From positions 3,648,001-3,712,000 of the forward strand of contig CBDHHL010000032.1 in the NCBI GenBank assembly GCA_965263355.1: a stretch of DNA of 64,000 nucleotides. The letters run 5' to 3'. A model generated the notes under the pieces. It was not told the origin of the DNA. It saw only the letters and a program-made list of their open reading frames with translations, and did no database searches. A program made the translations under genes and the position numbers. This DNA comes from Leptolyngbyaceae cyanobacterium (lineage in GTDB: Bacteria; Cyanobacteriota; Cyanobacteriia; Phormidesmidales; Phormidesmidaceae). Positions 32,802 to 43,275 of this stretch are shown piece after piece. Positions within the stretch are counted from its first letter, which is position 1; each line of letters opens with the position of its first letter.

Positions 32802-33788
32802 ATGGCTTTAAAACTAGTTCTAGCAAGTCTGGGTTCATTAGTCTTGGCTTTGATAGTGTTCTATTTCTGGGCTACCTCCGGTAGCTATCCTCGCGAGAAA
32901 TATACAGAAATCTTCACCTACGATGTTGAAGATATTAGTGCCGATAGCGATACATTTTCCCTGGTGTCTTATAACATCGGTTACCTGTCGGGGTTGACTA
33001 ATCAAGAGGCGATAGAGCGGCCTAAAAGCCTATTTGATCATCATTTAGACAGTGCGATCGCTACCCTAGGTTCGATTAATCCAGATATTATTGCTGTTCA
33101 AGAAATTGATATTGCTTCAAACCGCTCCTACAACGTTAACCAATTGGCTGCCCTGGCGAATGCTTTAGGATTACCCTATGCAGGGTTGGCAATTACCTGG
33201 AATAAAAACTATGTGCCATTTCCCTACTGGCCTATATCAGTCCATTTCGGCAAAATCGTCTCAGGTCAGGCTCTATTAAGTCGTTATCCAATTGTCGAAA
33301 ATGAGCGCATCGTACTCGAAAAAGTAGCCAGTCATCAGTTTTTCTATAATGCTGTCTACTTAGATCGTCTGGCTCAGATCACTCAAATAAATATTGATGG
33401 GCGTTCGCTAGTGATCATTAATGTTCATCTAGAAGCCTTTGATAACCCCACTCGGTTTAAGCAAACCTATGCTGTGCGGGAAATAGCTGAAAGCTATGCC
33501 AAGGACTATCCGGTCCTATTAGTGGGGGACTTTAATAGTGCTCTAAATCGACCTAAGGAAGGTGAGCGGTCGATTGAAGTTATGGCAGAGTCAGACCTTT
33601 TCAAATCTGCCCTACCAAGGGAGCAATGGACTGATCAGCCGACATTTCCATCTGAGCTTGCCGAGTATAAACTGGATTATTTGTTCTACACTTCCATCAG
33701 TCTTGAGCTAAAAGATACTCGAGTGATCTCTGAAATAGGGACAGCTTCGGATCACTTACCTCTAATGATGACTTTTTCCTTTAAGTGA
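32802..33788 (+). CDS. Endonuclease/exonuclease/phosphatase family protein
   Basis: SYNI, AVQEID, NVHL, GDFNS, LDYLF, SDHLP; N-terminal anchor; ATG 32802 preferred. Confidence 0.9.
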   Translation: MALKLVLASLGSLVLALIVFYFWATSGSYPREKYTEIFTYDVEDISADSDTFSLVSYNIGYLSGLTNQEAIERPKSLFDHHLDSAIATLGSINPDIIAVQEIDIASNRSYNVNQLAALANALGLPYAGLAITWNKNYVPFPYWPISVHFGKIVSGQALLSRYPIVENERIVLEKVASHQFFYNAVYLDRLAQITQINIDGRSLVIINVHLEAFDNPTRFKQTYAVREIAESYAKDYPVLLVGDFNSALNRPKEGERSIEVMAESDLFKSALPREQWTDQPTFPSELAEYKLDYLFYTSISLELKDTRVISEIGTASDHLPLMMTFSFK

Positions 33789-34441
33789 TGTTCGGTTTAG
33801 CACTCCACACATCTACAACTGAATTGGGGTTGGCTATCAGTGATTTTGATACAATCCATCGCCATCGAACCTGGGATCTAGGTCGCGATTTATCGAGTCA
33901 ACTTCATGGTCTACTTCAAGAGTTCTTACCATCTCAGCACTGGTCGGAGCTAACGTTTATTACTGTTTGTATTGGACCGGGTGGCTTTACCGGGACCCGT
34001 ATTGGTGTGGCGACTGCCCGTACGCTAGCACAACAGCTAAATATTCCGTTGTTTGGAATTTCTTCGCTGGCTGCGATCGCTCATCACAAGATCACAGATA
34101 ATAACCCTGGATCAGCCCAAGGCCAGCAACCGATTGATATTGCAGTTACCATGCCGGCTAAACGAGGAGCGGTCTATGGTGCTATTTATCACTGGAATGG
34201 TTCAACTCTGCTGTCTAAGCTGACAGATGCGGTTTTACCTGCTAGCGACTGGGAAGCAAAACATACCCATTGGCCCCAGCCACTGTTACCCGTATCTGTG
34301 GAGTCAGGCATTGGCTTAGCAGACACCACACTATCGCTGCTGCAGCTGGGATACGAACAGTTTTTATCTGGCAACCATGTCGACTGGCGGCAGGTGATGC
34401 CGTTTTATGGCCAGCATCCCGTTAGGGATGTAGGTAATTAA
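33785..34441 (+). CDS. tsaB: tRNA threonylcarbamoyladenosine biosynthesis protein
   Basis: LALHTST, GPGGFTGTRIG, LFGISSL. Confidence 0.93.
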   Translation: MMFGLALHTSTTELGLAISDFDTIHRHRTWDLGRDLSSQLHGLLQEFLPSQHWSELTFITVCIGPGGFTGTRIGVATARTLAQQLNIPLFGISSLAAIAHHKITDNNPGSAQGQQPIDIAVTMPAKRGAVYGAIYHWNGSTLLSKLTDAVLPASDWEAKHTHWPQPLLPVSVESGIGLADTTLSLLQLGYEQFLSGNHVDWRQVMPFYGQHPVRDVGN

Positions 34442-34779
34442 TCCTGGTTGGCTTGACCATCGCGACGACCGAGTTCATAGACACCGCTACTGATGCAGGC
34501 AATAATGCCCCAGCTGATTGTCCAGCTATGGCCTAAACCAACGTTAAGCAAATAGCTTAACAGACTGCCAACTAGTACAAAGGGCAAGATGCTGAGGATG
34601 GAAGCGTAGAGTTCTGAAAGGTTTGATTTCGTTGTTTGAGATCGCTTAGTAGAGGCCAACCACTTCATAGCCTGTTGTTCCAGAACAGTCACTAACCTAG
34701 AAACCAAGGGCGAAAACATCAGGTAAAGTGCCAGTGCCCACAAAAATATGCCAGAAATCCAAACCGGATCAACAATCAT
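34438..34779 (-). CDS. Hypothetical membrane protein
   Basis: Three TM segments, ends GVYELGRRDG; ATG 34779 preferred. Confidence 0.75.
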   Translation of the reverse strand: MIVDPVWISGIFLWALALYLMFSPLVSRLVTVLEQQAMKWLASTKRSQTTKSNLSELYASILSILPFVLVGSLLSYLLNVGLGHSWTISWGIIACISSGVYELGRRDGQANQD

Positions 34780-34881
34780 TGGATAAAAAATTCTAGAAGC
34801 CCTGATTTGAAATCGCACAAAGTGCCAGTCCAGTATTTTTGAGCTTCTTAAAATAAGTTTGCATAAATATAGTTTTGCACA

Positions 34882-34954
34882 TAAACCTCGTCCAAGTTGA
34901 AACCTATAGATTCGTCACAAAGAAAATGCCAATTCTGGATGTGGGCAAGGTTTA
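34882..34954 (+). repeat. Family A element (73 bp)
   Basis: TAAACCTCGTCCAAGTTGAAACCTATAGATTCG...TTCTGGATGTGGGCAAGGTTTA. Confidence 0.9.
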
Positions 34955-35119
34955 TACCCCATAAAGTGATCGCTAGAGGCTTTAGATAACCATTGCTATG
35001 GGCAGCTCATAATATTTTGAAGCTACTTCTTTGGCGAAAGAAATCAACAACAAGGCTTTAACATTTGAAGCCCTAATCACGACTCACTGCTTATCCCAAA
35101 GCTAGAACTTGAAGCAGAC

Positions 35120-35713
35120 CTAGCGTTTGACCGTGACCGTAGTGCCTAGGTCTACATAGGTATATAAATCTTCAATATCCTCATTGAGCATACGAATACA
35201 GCCATGGGAGATCGCCTCCCCAATTAAACTTTCTTCATTGGTGCCGTGAAAGCCAATCTGACCATCATTGTTCGATAAAAAGCCAATCCAGTGTGAGCCT
35301 AGAGGGTTTTGCTTGTTACCTGCTGGGATGATTTCTCCAGTGATGGGATGTTCCCAGGCAGGATATTCACTCTTCTGAATCACCTCAAAGCTACCGACCG
35401 GTGTTTCCCACTCGGTCTGTCCAATGGCAACCAGGTATTGTTTGATGATTTCACCGTGATGATAAACGTCTATCGTGCGCTTGTTTAACTTCACGACAAT
35501 TTCTATATCGGATGGGGGTGTGGATTTTGTTATACGAGGTCTACGTCCCTGGAAAATTGGGATACGAGTACTAAACGCATTAGTCTCTTGGTTTGAACGA
35601 GCATCTGCCGGTTGTAAATCCAATGGATCGCGCCACTGTAGCCAAGCCAAACCCAAGGCTGAACTAATACACAACAGGGCAAAACTACTGGCTAAGGGGT
35701 GAAGACCTTGCAT
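35120..35713 (-). CDS. L,D-transpeptidase (YkuD family)
   Basis: VAIG...ETPVG, NPLG, IGFHGT...SHGCIRM. Confidence 0.93.
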   Translation of the reverse strand: MQGLHPLASSFALLCISSALGLAWLQWRDPLDLQPADARSNQETNAFSTRIPIFQGRRPRITKSTPPSDIEIVVKLNKRTIDVYHHGEIIKQYLVAIGQTEWETPVGSFEVIQKSEYPAWEHPITGEIIPAGNKQNPLGSHWIGFLSNNDGQIGFHGTNEESLIGEAISHGCIRMLNEDIEDLYTYVDLGTTVTVKR

Positions 35714-35781
35714 TACGACAAAGGATAAGAAGACGTTACAGACAGTAGATCTCGCGACAACAGATATCTAATCAATATATG

Positions 35782-35920
35782 GGGTATCCACTCAAGCCGG
35801 GAAATTCTGGTTAAGTAGGAATCTAGAATCCAGGAGCCAGAATTTATAAGGGATATGGTTTCTGGCTCCTGACTTCTGACGTCTATCCTGAGGAAAACTT
35901 CCCGCTTTAAGTTGGTACCC
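35782..35920. mobile_element. MITE family B, copy 2 (139 bp, 8-bp TSD AATATATG)
   Basis: Near-identical to 12193-12324; AATATATG at 35774-35781 and 35921-35928. Confidence 0.92.
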
Positions 35921-36068
35921 AATATATGTTTATTTTGTCGGATTCATTGAATAAAGCCAGTAGGGCAATAATAAATGCAGCAGGTCTGTGGTCTGGGACG
36001 GGAGTTGTTAGAATCAAGAGTGCTGTGGACTACCTAACATAGCAACCCACTCGTAAAGGCAAATTAGT

Positions 36069-36980
36069 GTGACCGTTAAACCAGACTGGCTGAGGGTCAA
36101 AGCCCCTCAATGGGAAAGAGTTGGCAATGTTAAAGGTATTTTGCAAGACCTAGCCCTTAACACAGTATGTGAAGAGGCGTCTTGTCCAAATATTGGTGAG
36201 TGTTTTAATGCTGGAACGGCCACGTTTTTGATTATGGGACCTGCTTGTACGCGAGCCTGTCCTTACTGCGATATTAACTTTGAAAAAAAGCCCCAGGTTC
36301 TGGATCCTACTGAGCCTTTACGTTTGGGTGAGGCGGTACGACGCATGGGGTTAAACCATGTCGTAATTACCTCGGTAAACCGCGATGATCTCCCCGATGG
36401 TGGCGCTAGCCAATTTGTCCGCTGTATTGAGGAAACCCGGAAGCTATCGCCGAAAACCACTATTGAAGTATTAATTCCTGATATGTGTGGTAATTGGGAT
36501 GCTCTGGCCATCATCCTGTCGGCTACCCCTGAGGTGATGAACCACAATACAGAGACTATCCCTCGGCTGTATCGCCGGGTAAGGCCCCAGGGCGACTACC
36601 GACGCAGTCTTGAGTTACTACAACGTACCCGTGAACTAGCACCCTGGGCCTACACCAAGTCAGGCATTATGGTGGGGCTTGGGGAAACCGATGATGAAGT
36701 GCGGCAAGTGATGACTGATCTGCGGGCTGTGGACTGCGATATCCTTACCATTGGTCAGTACTTACAGCCCACTCAAAAGCATCTTGGCGTAGAAGAGTTT
36801 GTCACCCCTGAACAGTTTGATCAGTGGCGACAGGCTGGGGAGGCCATGGGATTTTTACAGGTGGTGTCGTCACCCCTCACTCGTAGCTCTTATCACGCAG
36901 AAGAGGTCAGACGACTGATGGCTGAATATCCTCGAACAGCGCCCCCAGTCCCAAGCTATCTAGGCATTAAAGAGCGGTAG
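36069..36980 (+). CDS. lipA: Lipoyl synthase
   Basis: [24 protein letters not shown]. Confidence 0.97.
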   Translation: MTVKPDWLRVKAPQWERVGNVKGILQDLALNTVCEEASCPNIGECFNAGTATFLIMGPACTRACPYCDINFEKKPQVLDPTEPLRLGEAVRRMGLNHVVITSVNRDDLPDGGASQFVRCIEETRKLSPKTTIEVLIPDMCGNWDALAIILSATPEVMNHNTETIPRLYRRVRPQGDYRRSLELLQRTRELAPWAYTKSGIMVGLGETDDEVRQVMTDLRAVDCDILTIGQYLQPTQKHLGVEEFVTPEQFDQWRQAGEAMGFLQVVSSPLTRSSYHAEEVRRLMAEYPRTAPPVPSYLGIKER

Positions 36981-37952
36981 TGCTTTCTCTAAGGTGTGTC
37001 GTACTGACTGGGCCGAGGTTTCTAGCGCAGCTTGTTCATCCATGGTGAGGGATAGCTCAACAACGGAGTCTGCGCCATTCCTGTCGAGACGGCAGGGGAC
37101 ACCCAGATAAATATCATTGAGACCATACTGGCCATCAAGGTAGGCTGACACCGGTAAAATGGCTGACTGATTTTGAAGAATGGCGGCTACCATAGTGGCT
37201 GTTGCCGCTGCTGGAGCGTAGTATGCGCTGCTGGTTTTGAGGTGATTGACAATTTCTGCGCCACCGTGGCGGGTGCGGTCTACAAGTGCCTTAATTTTGG
37301 CAGCGGGCAGTAGGTCTGTTAGAGGAATGCTACTAACAGTGGTGTGACTGATCAGGGGAACCATCAAATCGCCATGGCCACCAAGGACCATGGTTGATAC
37401 ATCCTGGGGCGGAACGCTCAACTCGTGGGCAATAAATGTGCGAAATCTAGCGGAATCTAATATACCTGCCTGACCCATAACCCGGCTAGGGGGGAGGCCG
37501 CTTGCTTGCCAGGCCAGGTAAGCCATGATATCTAACGGGTTAGTGACCAGAATGAAATGGGCATTGGGCGAATGGGGTAAGGCCTTGGCAACGACATCTA
37601 AAATAATGCCACCATTGATCTTTAATAAATCATCCCTGGACATGCCTGGTTTGCGAGGCAATCCCGCTGTAATCACAATCACCTGGGAATCTGCTGTATC
37701 TTGATAGTCGTTGGTGCCAATGATGTGATGGTTGCAGCCTTCTAATGGACAAGCTTCGGCCATATCTAGGGCTAAGCCTTGGGGGCGACCGGTGACAATA
37801 TCTAGTAGCACAACATTGCCTAAGTTTTGGGAGAGTAGACTGCGGGCCAGACTTGCACCGACATTACCAGCCCCGATGATAGAGATTGTTGGGATAGTGA
37901 TAGACGTTGGTTTGGGAACAGTCGTTTGAAGGGATGGAATTGTTACTGCCAT
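36960..37952 (-). CDS. mdh: Malate dehydrogenase (LDH-like)
   Basis: [39 protein letters not shown] upstream of ATG 37952. Confidence 0.95.
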   Translation of the reverse strand: MAVTIPSLQTTVPKPTSITIPTISIIGAGNVGASLARSLLSQNLGNVVLLDIVTGRPQGLALDMAEACPLEGCNHHIIGTNDYQDTADSQVIVITAGLPRKPGMSRDDLLKINGGIILDVVAKALPHSPNAHFILVTNPLDIMAYLAWQASGLPPSRVMGQAGILDSARFRTFIAHELSVPPQDVSTMVLGGHGDLMVPLISHTTVSSIPLTDLLPAAKIKALVDRTRHGGAEIVNHLKTSSAYYAPAAATATMVAAILQNQSAILPVSAYLDGQYGLNDIYLGVPCRLDRNGADSVVELSLTMDEQAALETSAQSVRHTLEKALPLFNA

Positions 37953-38201
37953 GGGACTCCTTACAGACCGCTTGAGGGCACCTTGGCCAATCAATTGCTG
38001 CAGGTCGCCCAGGGACGGTTCACTAAATGGGTTTAAGCTATACCCATGAAGCCAATAGTTTGGTTTTGGATCTAGCTATAGCTCCATTGTGTCCAGGGCA
38101 ATTAACCTTGGGGGTATTCCATGGAGATTCTTAATACGTGGGGTTAATTGCTGCCCATTGACGTGGGGTATTTGTGTAGAGTCAAAAGGGCCAAGGTGAT
38201 A

Positions 38202-38417
38202 TTACTGAAACTCTTCGAGTTGAGCTAACTGTAGCCAAATATTGGGAGTGGGGACACGGCCAAATTTGACCAGGGCGTAGTCGTCACGAATGTCCATGAT
38301 TTCTCCTTGGGTTTCAAAGATATAGGGGGGAAATCGAGTATCGCTGGCGGTGGCTTCTACACTGTTTTCTAGCTTTTCTCGTACAACGCGAACAAAAGTA
38401 CCCTTTTTGATGGCCAT
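38202..38417 (-). CDS. ndhO: NDH-1 subunit O
   Basis: [33 protein letters not shown]...VPTPNIWL. Confidence 0.93.
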   Translation of the reverse strand: MAIKKGTFVRVVREKLENSVEATASDTRFPPYIFETQGEIMDIRDDYALVKFGRVPTPNIWLQLAQLEEFQ

Positions 38418-38472
38418 CACTTAGAAAAATAACTGCTCAATATATTATCGCTTCACGATTCACTACTCACCT

Positions 38473-39318
38473 CTATTTCTGACAGTTGGGGCAATAATGA
38501 GCGGAGCGTCCGGCTAGTTTAATCCGTTTAATGTGAGTGCTGCACACTCGGCAGGGTTCGTCTTCGCGGTCGTAAACCCAGGCAACACCGCCGTAGTTGC
38601 CGTTGATGCCGTGGATGTCGCGGAAGTCGCTAAAGGTGGTACCTCCGGCTTCGATACTATCAGTAAGAACTTTTCGAATGGAGGTATGTAAGCGTTTGAG
38701 ACGGGACTGAGAGATGCGATCGCACCTCACCTTGGGGCGAATACCGCTCAAAAACAACGCTTCGTCAGCATAGATATTGCCAATGCCTGCCACCATGGCC
38801 TGATCTAGGAGCAAATTTTTGACAGGTCGTTTTCTGTGTCTAAACCAATGCTGCATATAGTCTAAAGAAAACTCATCGGCAAAGGGTTCTGGACCTAACT
38901 TCTGTAAGCCTGTCATGATCTGCTCGGGCCGTTTGTCTGGAGGGACCCACCACAGCCGCCCAAAAGTCCTTTGATCAACGTAACGAAGCTCTCTTCCATG
39001 ATCAAAAAAGAGACGTACACGGCAATGGGAGGACACTGGCATTGACTGCTCAACCCACAAGAGCTGTCCCGTCATACGTAGATGACATCCTAACCACCCA
39101 GCTGGTTGTTGTTGACGCTTTAAAACTGCCAGTAAATACTTGCCCCGGCGTTGCCATGCAGTAATTTCAGCCCCGAGGACCGCTGGTAAAAACTGCTCAA
39201 TAGAAACGGGGTGAGCAATGCTGCGGTCTAGCAACACATTTCCACCCCGAATAGGTTGATTTCGAGTAACTCGACTGAGCCCTCGTCGAACAGTTTCTAC
39301 CTCAGGAAGTTCTGGCAA
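38473..39318 (-). CDS. mutM: Formamidopyrimidine-DNA glycosylase
   Basis: PELPEVE, HLRMTG, GIGNIYADE, C-terminal Zn finger. Confidence 0.98.
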   Translation of the reverse strand: MPELPEVETVRRGLSRVTRNQPIRGGNVLLDRSIAHPVSIEQFLPAVLGAEITAWQRRGKYLLAVLKRQQQPAGWLGCHLRMTGQLLWVEQSMPVSSHCRVRLFFDHGRELRYVDQRTFGRLWWVPPDKRPEQIMTGLQKLGPEPFADEFSLDYMQHWFRHRKRPVKNLLLDQAMVAGIGNIYADEALFLSGIRPKVRCDRISQSRLKRLHTSIRKVLTDSIEAGGTTFSDFRDIHGINGNYGGVAWVYDREDEPCRVCSTHIKRIKLAGRSAHYCPNCQK

Positions 39319-39376
39319 GGTGTATTGACGAATAACTGCGCTAATTTTACCAAGCCGCCCTCAGCTGCTAACGCTA

Positions 39377-39562
39377 CTAAACTTCCTTCAGCTCAGATTC
39401 GCCAAAGTTGTTGGTATTAACTCCGGCGTAGTTAACTTTGTCAAAACGAACAACTACTGGATACTTGATACCACTTTGGTCAACGGAAGCAACCGTACCA
39501 ATATCTTGAAACCAATAAGACTCTTTCCGCAGGATACGTACTTTAGATCCACGCTTAACCAT
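39377..39562 (-). CDS. psaE: Photosystem I subunit IV
   Basis: [17 protein letters not shown]...[16 protein letters not shown]. Confidence 0.98.
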   Translation of the reverse strand: MVKRGSKVRILRKESYWFQDIGTVASVDQSGIKYPVVVRFDKVNYAGVNTNNFGESELKEV

Positions 39563-39661
39563 GAAGATTCCTCTCTTGTTCAAAGATGCATATTAATGCG
39601 AGCAGCAAGCTACCTGTTCACCAGATTACTACTCCTCTGAGCCTAACTGACATTCCGACCA

Positions 39662-39679
39662 TTTAAGAATTGTTGCATA
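39662..39679 (+). promoter_or_regulatory. HLR1 (RpaB) site candidate upstream of psaE
   Basis: TTTAAGAA-TT-GTTGCATA (3 mismatches); candidate -10 TAATCT on the minus strand at 39623-39628; RpaB control of PSI genes is established. Confidence 0.45.
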
Positions 39680-39832
39680 TCGAAGATTTTGGCAATAATT
39701 CTTAAAGACCTCAAAAGATTGCTGATTTTCATGCAATAAGCTAAAGCCATCAAACGTCTTGAGCCATTTAGCTAGGAATGTTTGATGGCTCAAGATGGTT
39801 TCAAGGCTGTGTAGAGATGTGAAATAAAGCAG

Positions 39833-40735
39833 CTAAATGCCAGGACGAGCCAAAGATGGCAGACTGCTAATTGTGGAAACAGCCTCTGTTGAAGGTTCTT
39901 CTTCTTCAACTGGTTCGTCTGCGGCGGTCACCAGACGTTCTACCTCAATACCGTTCTCAACCAAAATTACTCGCGGTTCTATTGACCCCGTATCAATGCG
40001 CTTGACAAAGACGCTACCACCAGCAATTCTTTCACCTTGTCTGACATAGCGTTCTATTTCGTTCGGTGCTTTAACAATGGCATAAGGAGATCCACCAATT
40101 TGGATCACACCTGATACCCTAACAGCCCTAGCAGTGGTGGGCTGAGGAATTTCAGGTAATACTGCTATTTCCGGAGGTGCCGACTCGACCTGACGTTCTG
40201 ATATGCTCGGGCGTCCCTCTTCAGTGCCACCAGCGTTTCTTGATGAGCCTGCTGGCACTGTACTTCCTCGGGTTAATGTCCTCGGGGAGGCTGGGCCAGA
40301 AGCAGCGTTGTTACTGCTAGCTCTAACGTTATTACTGCTGGCCCTAACGTTATTATTGCTAGCCCTTACCGCTTCTGGAACTTCGATCGGTTCAGGAGGA
40401 ATTAGAGGAATTGTTAATTCTGCAAAGGGATCATTGCGAGTCCGCTCTACCCCAATAGCCCTTTCATTTGGATCGGTAGACTGAATTAAATCGCGGGCAA
40501 TGATCGTAGGAGAATTTTCTGAGATTGAAACTATACCATCTGAATCTTCTCCCTCAGGGATATCAGGGAGCTTCCCTTCCGATTTTTTTATCGGTTGAGT
40601 AATTGGCTCAGTTGAGGGAGCTGGATCTTCAGCAACATCGGTGTTGCGATTAAAGAACCCACAACCGCTCAGGGAAATTGCCCCAGTTGTTATTAGCAAT
40701 ACCAAGAGCAGACGCTGCATCTTTCCATCCTCCAA
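39833..40735 (-). CDS. Lipoprotein with a PilP/GspC-like C-terminal domain (tentative)
   Basis: Lipobox LSGC, RNDPF, long low-complexity linker, VRVSGVIQIGGSPYAIV...YVRQGERI. Confidence 0.65.
   Translation of the reverse strand: MEDGKMQRLLLVLLITTGAISLSGCGFFNRNTDVAEDPAPSTEPITQPIKKSEGKLPDIPEGEDSDGIVSISENSPTIIARDLIQSTDPNERAIGVERTRNDPFAELTIPLIPPEPIEVPEAVRASNNNVRASSNNVRASSNNAASGPASPRTLTRGSTVPAGSSRNAGGTEEGRPSISERQVESAPPEIAVLPEIPQPTTARAVRVSGVIQIGGSPYAIVKAPNEIERYVRQGERIAGGSVFVKRIDTGSIEPRVILVENGIEVERLVTAADEPVEEEEPSTEAVSTISSLPSLARPGI
40307..40369 (-). repeat. 3 x 21-bp coding tandem repeat (VRAS[NS]NN)
   Basis: Units at 40307, 40328, 40349 inside the lipoprotein linker. Confidence 0.9.
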
Positions 40736-40785
40736 GGTCTTTTGTTCGCAAAGTATAAAGCAAGATCTGCCGAATGCATAGAGGT

Positions 40786-41580
40786 TTAGACAAAATCTTT
40801 TTCCTCATCTTCCTGAGGAGTCATTAAATCTCTCAGTCGATTCAGTCCACTTTTAACTCGACGCGAAACAGTGACGGCACTAATACCCAACCGCTCAGCT
40901 GTTTCTTTCTGAGTCAAGTCATGTAGAAAAACAAATTCCAGTACTTCTTGTGTTCTACGTTCTAGCTGGGCGAGTCCTTGTTGTAGACGAATACGATCTT
41001 CCTGAGCTAATTGAAAACTTCGATACTTAGGATCAGGTAGCAAATCGCTGAGGGAAGCAGAACCACTCCCCTCGTCTTGGATGGGGGCATCTAGGCTTAA
41101 TAGTGAGCGATTTCGACTGGCTAACTTAACATCTTGCCACTCTTGAACTGTAATTTTTAGATGGTCTGCAATTTCCTGGTCAGTGGGCTTACGGTCTAAG
41201 GTCTCTTGTAATTGACGAATCACCCGGGCTGATTGGTGCTGTAAGGATTGCCAACGTCTTGGTATGCGAACTATGGCGCTACGATCTCGCAAATAGTGTT
41301 GAATTTCGCCACGGATATAGGGAATAGCAAAGGAGCTAAATGCGTAACCCTTGGACATGTCAAAACGCTCAATGGCTCGAATGAGGCCCAAACTACCAAC
41401 CTGCATCAGATCATCAAAGGTTTCATTCGAGTGGTATAACCAATGATGAGCTTCTCGGCGTACTAAGCCTAGGTTCATCTGTACTAGTTTGTTGCGTAGC
41501 TCAGGTGCATTGTTTTTTTGGTAATCATTCAGCAGTTCTAGAGTTTCGCTTTTGAGTGCGTTGTTGAGTTTAGACGACAT
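40786..41580 (-). CDS. sigF: Group 3 sigma factor SigF
   Basis: RNKLVQMNLGLVR, AIERFD...AFSSFAIPYIRGEIQHYLRD, SFQLAQEDRIRLQQ. Confidence 0.94.
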   Translation of the reverse strand: MSSKLNNALKSETLELLNDYQKNNAPELRNKLVQMNLGLVRREAHHWLYHSNETFDDLMQVGSLGLIRAIERFDMSKGYAFSSFAIPYIRGEIQHYLRDRSAIVRIPRRWQSLQHQSARVIRQLQETLDRKPTDQEIADHLKITVQEWQDVKLASRNRSLLSLDAPIQDEGSGSASLSDLLPDPKYRSFQLAQEDRIRLQQGLAQLERRTQEVLEFVFLHDLTQKETAERLGISAVTVSRRVKSGLNRLRDLMTPQEDEEKDFV

Positions 41581-42015
41581 GGGGAACCCCTTTGATGTTA
41601 TATGCTCAACTCTATGCCCGCTGGGATAGATGCAGTATTGAGCTAAAAAAGATAGCAACTTAAATGGCTATCCACTATTGGATTAGTGCGCAAATGCCAT
41701 ACCCCAATAGTGGATAGCCTAGATAAAGTTCACAGTGACTGAAATCACAGCCTTCTAAATAATTAGTGACAGCCTAATCCTTAACATTTTCTCTTAACAA
41801 CTAGGTATATACGGAAGTCTAGACCGATGGTTTTCAATAGGCTGCTCTGTAATCCTAATATTCTTTACGATAGCTTTACGTTGAGACCCTCATCTTTAAA
41901 GTGAGAAAGGGCAGCAGCTCCGGAAAGCTATCTACCCTACCCATAAGTTCGACCAGTTTTAATGTCTAAGAAATCCAGCTGGATGTAATGTCATCAGCAT
42001 GAACTCTCAAAAGTG

Positions 42016-42849
42016 CTACGCATCAACGGTCTCTATGCGGCCATAAAATAAGCCTTGGACCTTAACATCAGAGGGCTCAGCTGTCCCCATGTCTGTGTCA
42101 GAAGGCTGCTCACACTCAAATGTGCCAGCAATTTCGCCTGTAATGCTATCTACCTTCTCAACTTGAAGGGACATGGTGCCTTGTCCAACTTTGAAGGCCT
42201 TCATATTCTCTTTGACTAACTCTTCGGTATCACCACCAGCTGGTAAAGCGACAGCAGTGTCATAGCCCGTGGTTAAACCACGACCTTTTGGATCCAAGAA
42301 ATTAGATGTGCGGTAAGACGGCACACGATAGTCACCAATAAAGTCAGTAGATGACGTTACAGCATTCAACCCACTCTGAGACTTGGCAACTAGACCCTTG
42401 ATAGTGAATAAGAAAGGAATCTCTTCACCGCCTGGTAGCAAAACAGTGACGGCCTGAAAATCCATGCCATCTTTTTCGCGGAATACAAGACTGCCGTCCT
42501 CATTAGCTTCTAGGGCACCACGTACCTGGTCCAAACTAGAGGTGTAGCGGGTTAAGGATTTGCCAGGGACAAATTCAGCTTCCCGACGCTTGTTAGCAGC
42601 TTCCTCTTTAACAAAGAAGCTAGTCGGCTCTAAGCATAGACCCGCAATCTGATATGATTGACCATCTTCAATAGCAATTTCCCCGCGACGAACACTAGAA
42701 ATTTGGGGACAGCTGTTGGCTAATCCTGTATTTCTAATCTGGTCGTAGGTTAGGGGGGTGTTGCCGTCAGCACTAGGAACATCGCTACATGCTGTTAAAA
42801 CACCCATGCAGAGTGCTAGAAATGCAACGATTAGGGCACGATACCTCAT
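42016..42849 (-). CDS. psbO: PSII manganese-stabilizing protein
   Basis: MRYRALIVAFLA, GLANSCP, FLDPKGRG, QPSDTDMG. Confidence 0.98.
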   Translation of the reverse strand: MRYRALIVAFLALCMGVLTACSDVPSADGNTPLTYDQIRNTGLANSCPQISSVRRGEIAIEDGQSYQIAGLCLEPTSFFVKEEAANKRREAEFVPGKSLTRYTSSLDQVRGALEANEDGSLVFREKDGMDFQAVTVLLPGGEEIPFLFTIKGLVAKSQSGLNAVTSSTDFIGDYRVPSYRTSNFLDPKGRGLTTGYDTAVALPAGGDTEELVKENMKAFKVGQGTMSLQVEKVDSITGEIAGTFECEQPSDTDMGTAEPSDVKVQGLFYGRIETVDA

Positions 42850-43183
42850 GGTTAACCTCAAACAAAAAAGATTTTATGTAAGAAAATTTGTCAGTGGTTA
42901 TATAACCGACTAGGGGCTTATGATGTTGCCTATGCCTCAAGCTTTCTGTTGCAAAAAGCCCTTTACCTAGGCTTGCCGAAGACGCCCTCAGGATAGCCAA
43001 CTAATCTTCCCGAGAGTATTTTACACGGACGAGCCCCCGGTGAATGCTGAAAATTACCAAATCTGGTGCATTGATTGGCACTTGGAGTCTAGATAGCGTT
43101 ATCAGTGAGTTAATCACTAATTTGGTCTACACTATCTGCATCATTAGGCTTGGATTCTCTCAAAATTAATTAGAATTAACACT

Positions 43184-43256
43184 TAAACCACATTTAAGTT
43201 GAAACCTGTAGATTCTTCACCGGAGAAGCGGTCGTTCTGGGTGTGGACAAAATTTA
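43184..43256 (+). repeat. Family A element (73 bp)
   Basis: TAAACCACATTTAAGTTGAAACCTGTAGATTCTTCACCGGAG...TTCTGGGTGTGGACAAAATTTA. Confidence 0.88.
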
Positions 43257-43275
43257 TATTTAATGGACCTGTTAG

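Noticed and set aside
35713..35922. 69-aa ORF upstream of the L,D-transpeptidase
   Set aside because: Mostly the reverse strand of MITE-B copy 2.
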